This document shows positions 61,307-64,000 of a stretch of DNA of 64,000 nucleotides, one piece after another; the stretch's first letter is position 1, and every line of letters begins with the position of its first letter. The stretch comes from Eutreptiella sp. 'Long Island Sound 2002'. Taxonomy: Eukaryota; Protista; Euglenida. Both the position numbers and the translations under genes were made by a program. The DNA lies in contig OZ038378.1 of the NCBI GenBank assembly GCA_964036045.1, positions 21,886,001-21,950,000 on the forward strand, written 5' to 3'. The notes below the pieces were generated by a model. The model was given only the letters and a program-made list of their open reading frames with translations, ran no database searches and was not told the origin of the DNA.

Positions 61307-63549
61307 CTTGGTCGCGCACATCGAAGCCCCCCTTGGGGTTGGGATACTTGCGGCCCTCTTCATCCAGTGGCACCGGTTGCGTGGCGTAGCTCCAGAAGTC
61401 TGCGCCTTGAAACTCCGTGGAGCACCACTCCGCCTCCATTCTGCTCATCAGCCATGTGCTGGAGGGGGGCATGGGCTCTTGCGAGTCCTCCAGCATGCGT
61501 TTGAAGGCGGGGCGCCAGGAGGTCAGCTTGATGGCCTACCAGACACAAGGAGCAAAGAAATGTGGGAAAGGGCTGGGCCTGGGCTGTTCCGGGATCATCC
61601 CCTGTCGTTTGGGGCCTCAGTGAGCTGGAGCTGACCCTCATCCGTCCAGTAACCACCCATCAAATGCAAACCCCGCAGGAGGGGGCGTCGGGGTAAAGCC
61701 TGATTCAGGTGAGATACTGAAGGTGTAGGTGGGACCTTTGGTGGGCTTCCCATCACACAGCCACCTCCCAAGAGCTACATTGCACCCACTCAAAGGCAAA
61801 TAAGTTCAAAAGGAGTGGGAAGGAGGAATGTGGAGACACTGTACACACGTTGTGGACACTGTACACATGTAGACACCGTACACATGTTGTGGACACTCGG
61901 GACCAAGGTGCATGTTGTGGACATGCACATGGAGGACACTCTACGCATGTTGCCCACACTGCGCACATGCTGCCGACATCGTGTAGATGCAGACACTGCA
62001 CACACATTGTGGACACTATGCTCATGGTGTGGACACTGTAGACAACTGCACTGCCAAAACGCACTGTCAGAGCGAGAACCTACTGCATATCTGCTTTTCG
62101 ACCTGTTGTCTGCACACAGCACGGCATCAAGAAAGTGGTGCGGGTGACCAAGCCGCCCACAGCCCTTGACGGGACAAAAGACACCATGCATTACGGCGTG
62201 GCCGTCAAGGCCCAGGAGAGGGGGTGGAGGGGATCAGACACCAAAACCCCAGACACCGTTCTGGGCCATAACAGAAAGCAACTTGTGCGTTTCACGTGTA
62301 TGCACTCCGTCACAAGCTTTATCACAACAGTGCCGCATGAGGCATAGCACTGTGGGGCATGGCCCAAGGTACTCGATCGACCCTACCACACGCCTCACCA
62401 GCAGAATTAAGAGAAGCGTGCTGCCTACCCCCCACCCCCTCCCCAGCAGCCAGCCCCAGCGAAGATTGTGGCTTGTGGACGGGTGGTGAGGCACAACATG
62501 AATCGTGTTAGAACAGAAAACTTTTTGGCACCGGGTCGTCCCATTCCACCTCTAACAAGAGTGGGGGGGGGGGGGGGCAGACCTGGAGATAGTGCGTATC
62601 GCCGCTAACGCGAGATACACAGATACCCACTTTTTTTGTGCGATACACAAACGACACACACTTCAGAAGCCTGGGACACATGCGTGTAACATGAAATCCA
62701 CGAAGAGAGAAAAGAGATCTTGGCCACCCCCCCACAGGTAACATGTCACCATCACTGTACCAAATTTTGCAAATCGCATTCATGATGAGACGACTGACAT
62801 GTGGAAAAACACACACACAGGGAATTGAACACATACTCCCTGGTTCACCAAACGCCTGCCTCAATAACTGAACAACAACTACCAGCTTGCAGATCAGTGC
62901 AACAGAGCGTTCTTAGCTTGAAGTGATGTCCAGACAAAGCGCAAATCCAGCGCAATCCAGCATCGACTGCCCAAAAATCCACCGCAAAGTAGACAGCTGG
63001 GTGGGACACACATGTGATACACACTCTTGACAGTTGGGATACACAAATGATACACACCCCCGAAGCTTGGGATACAGTGTGACACAGAAATGTCAGTTTG
63101 TGGCATACACTCTATCTCCAGGACTGGTGGGGGTGGGGGGGGGGGGGCTGCCCCGTGCCCCACAGCCCCGCAACAGACGACACAACAACAGTGGCCGCCC
63201 CAATGTCTGCCCCCAAGCCCTGACCGCAACAGAGCAAGTCAACCGAGGCCCAAAATGCACCGAGCAGCCTGTGCGCTGTATTGCTTCAGCTACTTGTTCA
63301 AGCTCTGATCACTGCATGATGATGATACTGCCGCAGCATCACCCACGTCCAGCGCATGTACATACCATCGGGTCATCCCCAACCCCATGGGCACCCACTT
63401 CGCAAACCTGCAGTAGATTGAGGTAATCCAAATGGGTGGGTCGTGCATTGTCATTTCCGTCCTCGGCAGCTGCGAAGGTGCGCATCTGCACATGATGCGG
63501 CGACGGGTACAGCATCCCTTCATGCCGAAGTGGCACAGGCGGGATGTGG
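61307..63549 (-). CDS. Hypothetical protein, partial; candidate exons 63549-63408 and 61535-~61307
   Basis: Phase-0 join ...RPTHLDYLNLLQ|AIKLTSWRPAFKRMLEDSQEP...DFWSYATQPVPLDE with CAG|GT and TAG|GCC junctions. The downstream donor is ambiguous (61307 or 61161). Confidence 0.45.
61835..62045. repeat. ~20-bp degenerate minisatellite (GGACACTGTACACATGTTGT)
   Basis: GACACT/GACACC recurs at 61835, 61855, 61872, 61892 and onward, with divergent copies to ~62045. Confidence 0.8.
62578..63126. mobile_element. 549-bp hAT-like MITE
   Basis: cagacctggagatag (from 62578) versus ctatctccaggactg (to 63126), 14/15 inverted match. Repeated subterminal GATACAC/GACACA motifs. TSD probably gtgggggg/gtgggggt but is obscured by G runs. 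Confidence 0.7.
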
Positions 63550-64000
63550 CTTGAACACAGACATCAAGATCAGGCCCTTGGTGAGCCCACAAGAGCAGAA
63601 GGGCGGGAGGGGGGTCATCTGGCGCCTTGGTTGGGTGTCCTGTCCCCGCACTCACCCGCAACCCCTCCTCCTGTGACCCAATCATCAACCGCCCCATCCC
63701 CCTTTCCTGGGGGGCAGTGTACCTGTGCACCTCTGACCCAACTTGGCTGTAGTTCAGAGGAACGATGCGAAAAGCTACAGCAGACACTTCACATGCCGCA
63801 TTTCACTGCCCGCCAAGCCCCAGCCAACCCCACCCCAGGGAAGGGGGAAGGCAGGGAGTTCCTTCAACTCACTAAAGGGCTCCTCACACCCAGAAGAAAG
63901 CTTGGCTGTTAGCCATCATTCAGAGGAGAAGAATGACAGAAAAAATGGAAGGGCTACAGTAAATTGTCTGGCACCACCCCATATAATGGAGGAAACTGTT

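Noticed and set aside
61360-61410. N-myristoyltransferase call from FWSYATQPVP
   Set aside because: It resembles the FWxTQPVP motif but has an insertion, and no other NMT motifs appear in neighbouring exons.

Overview
This is eukaryotic nuclear DNA, rich in repeats, with many poly-G/poly-C runs, (CA)n tracts and long GT-AG introns filled with transposon debris. The repeat style, especially the G-rich element at ~29.6-29.9 kb, resembles my recollection of euglenid (Eutreptiella-like) genomes; this is an inference and was not checked. Most six-frame ORFs are spurious. By joining GT-AG exons in matching phase I can reconstruct parts of four minus-strand host genes: a ~7-TM membrane protein (10.0-18.1 kb), an EF-hand pair protein (28.2-32.0 kb), a coiled-coil protein (38.0-42.2 kb) and an unknown protein (61.3-63.5 kb). 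There is also an ADP-ribosyltransferase-like exon at 47.2-47.5 kb. Several MITEs and non-autonomous DNA transposons have visible TIRs and TSDs (PIF/Harbinger-like, hAT-like, TA-flanked), and there is a decayed LTR-retrotransposon integrase. The standout is a ~6.6 kb plus-strand, two-gene element (51848-58411) bounded by imperfect inverted repeats. Gene 1 is a decayed DDE transposase-like ORF with RAG1/Transib-like motif order. Gene 2 is a five-exon gene with an N-terminal ParB/Srx-like domain and possibly a degenerate methyltransferase-like fold. Ten copies of a 22-bp palindrome (AGTGCGCGAG-NN-CTCGCGCACT) lie across the element, all outside coding sequence, including one in each of three consecutive introns. 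A eukaryotic transposon carrying a ParB-like protein and its own parS-like sites is a testable hypothesis. No rRNA, tRNA or CRISPR array was found.
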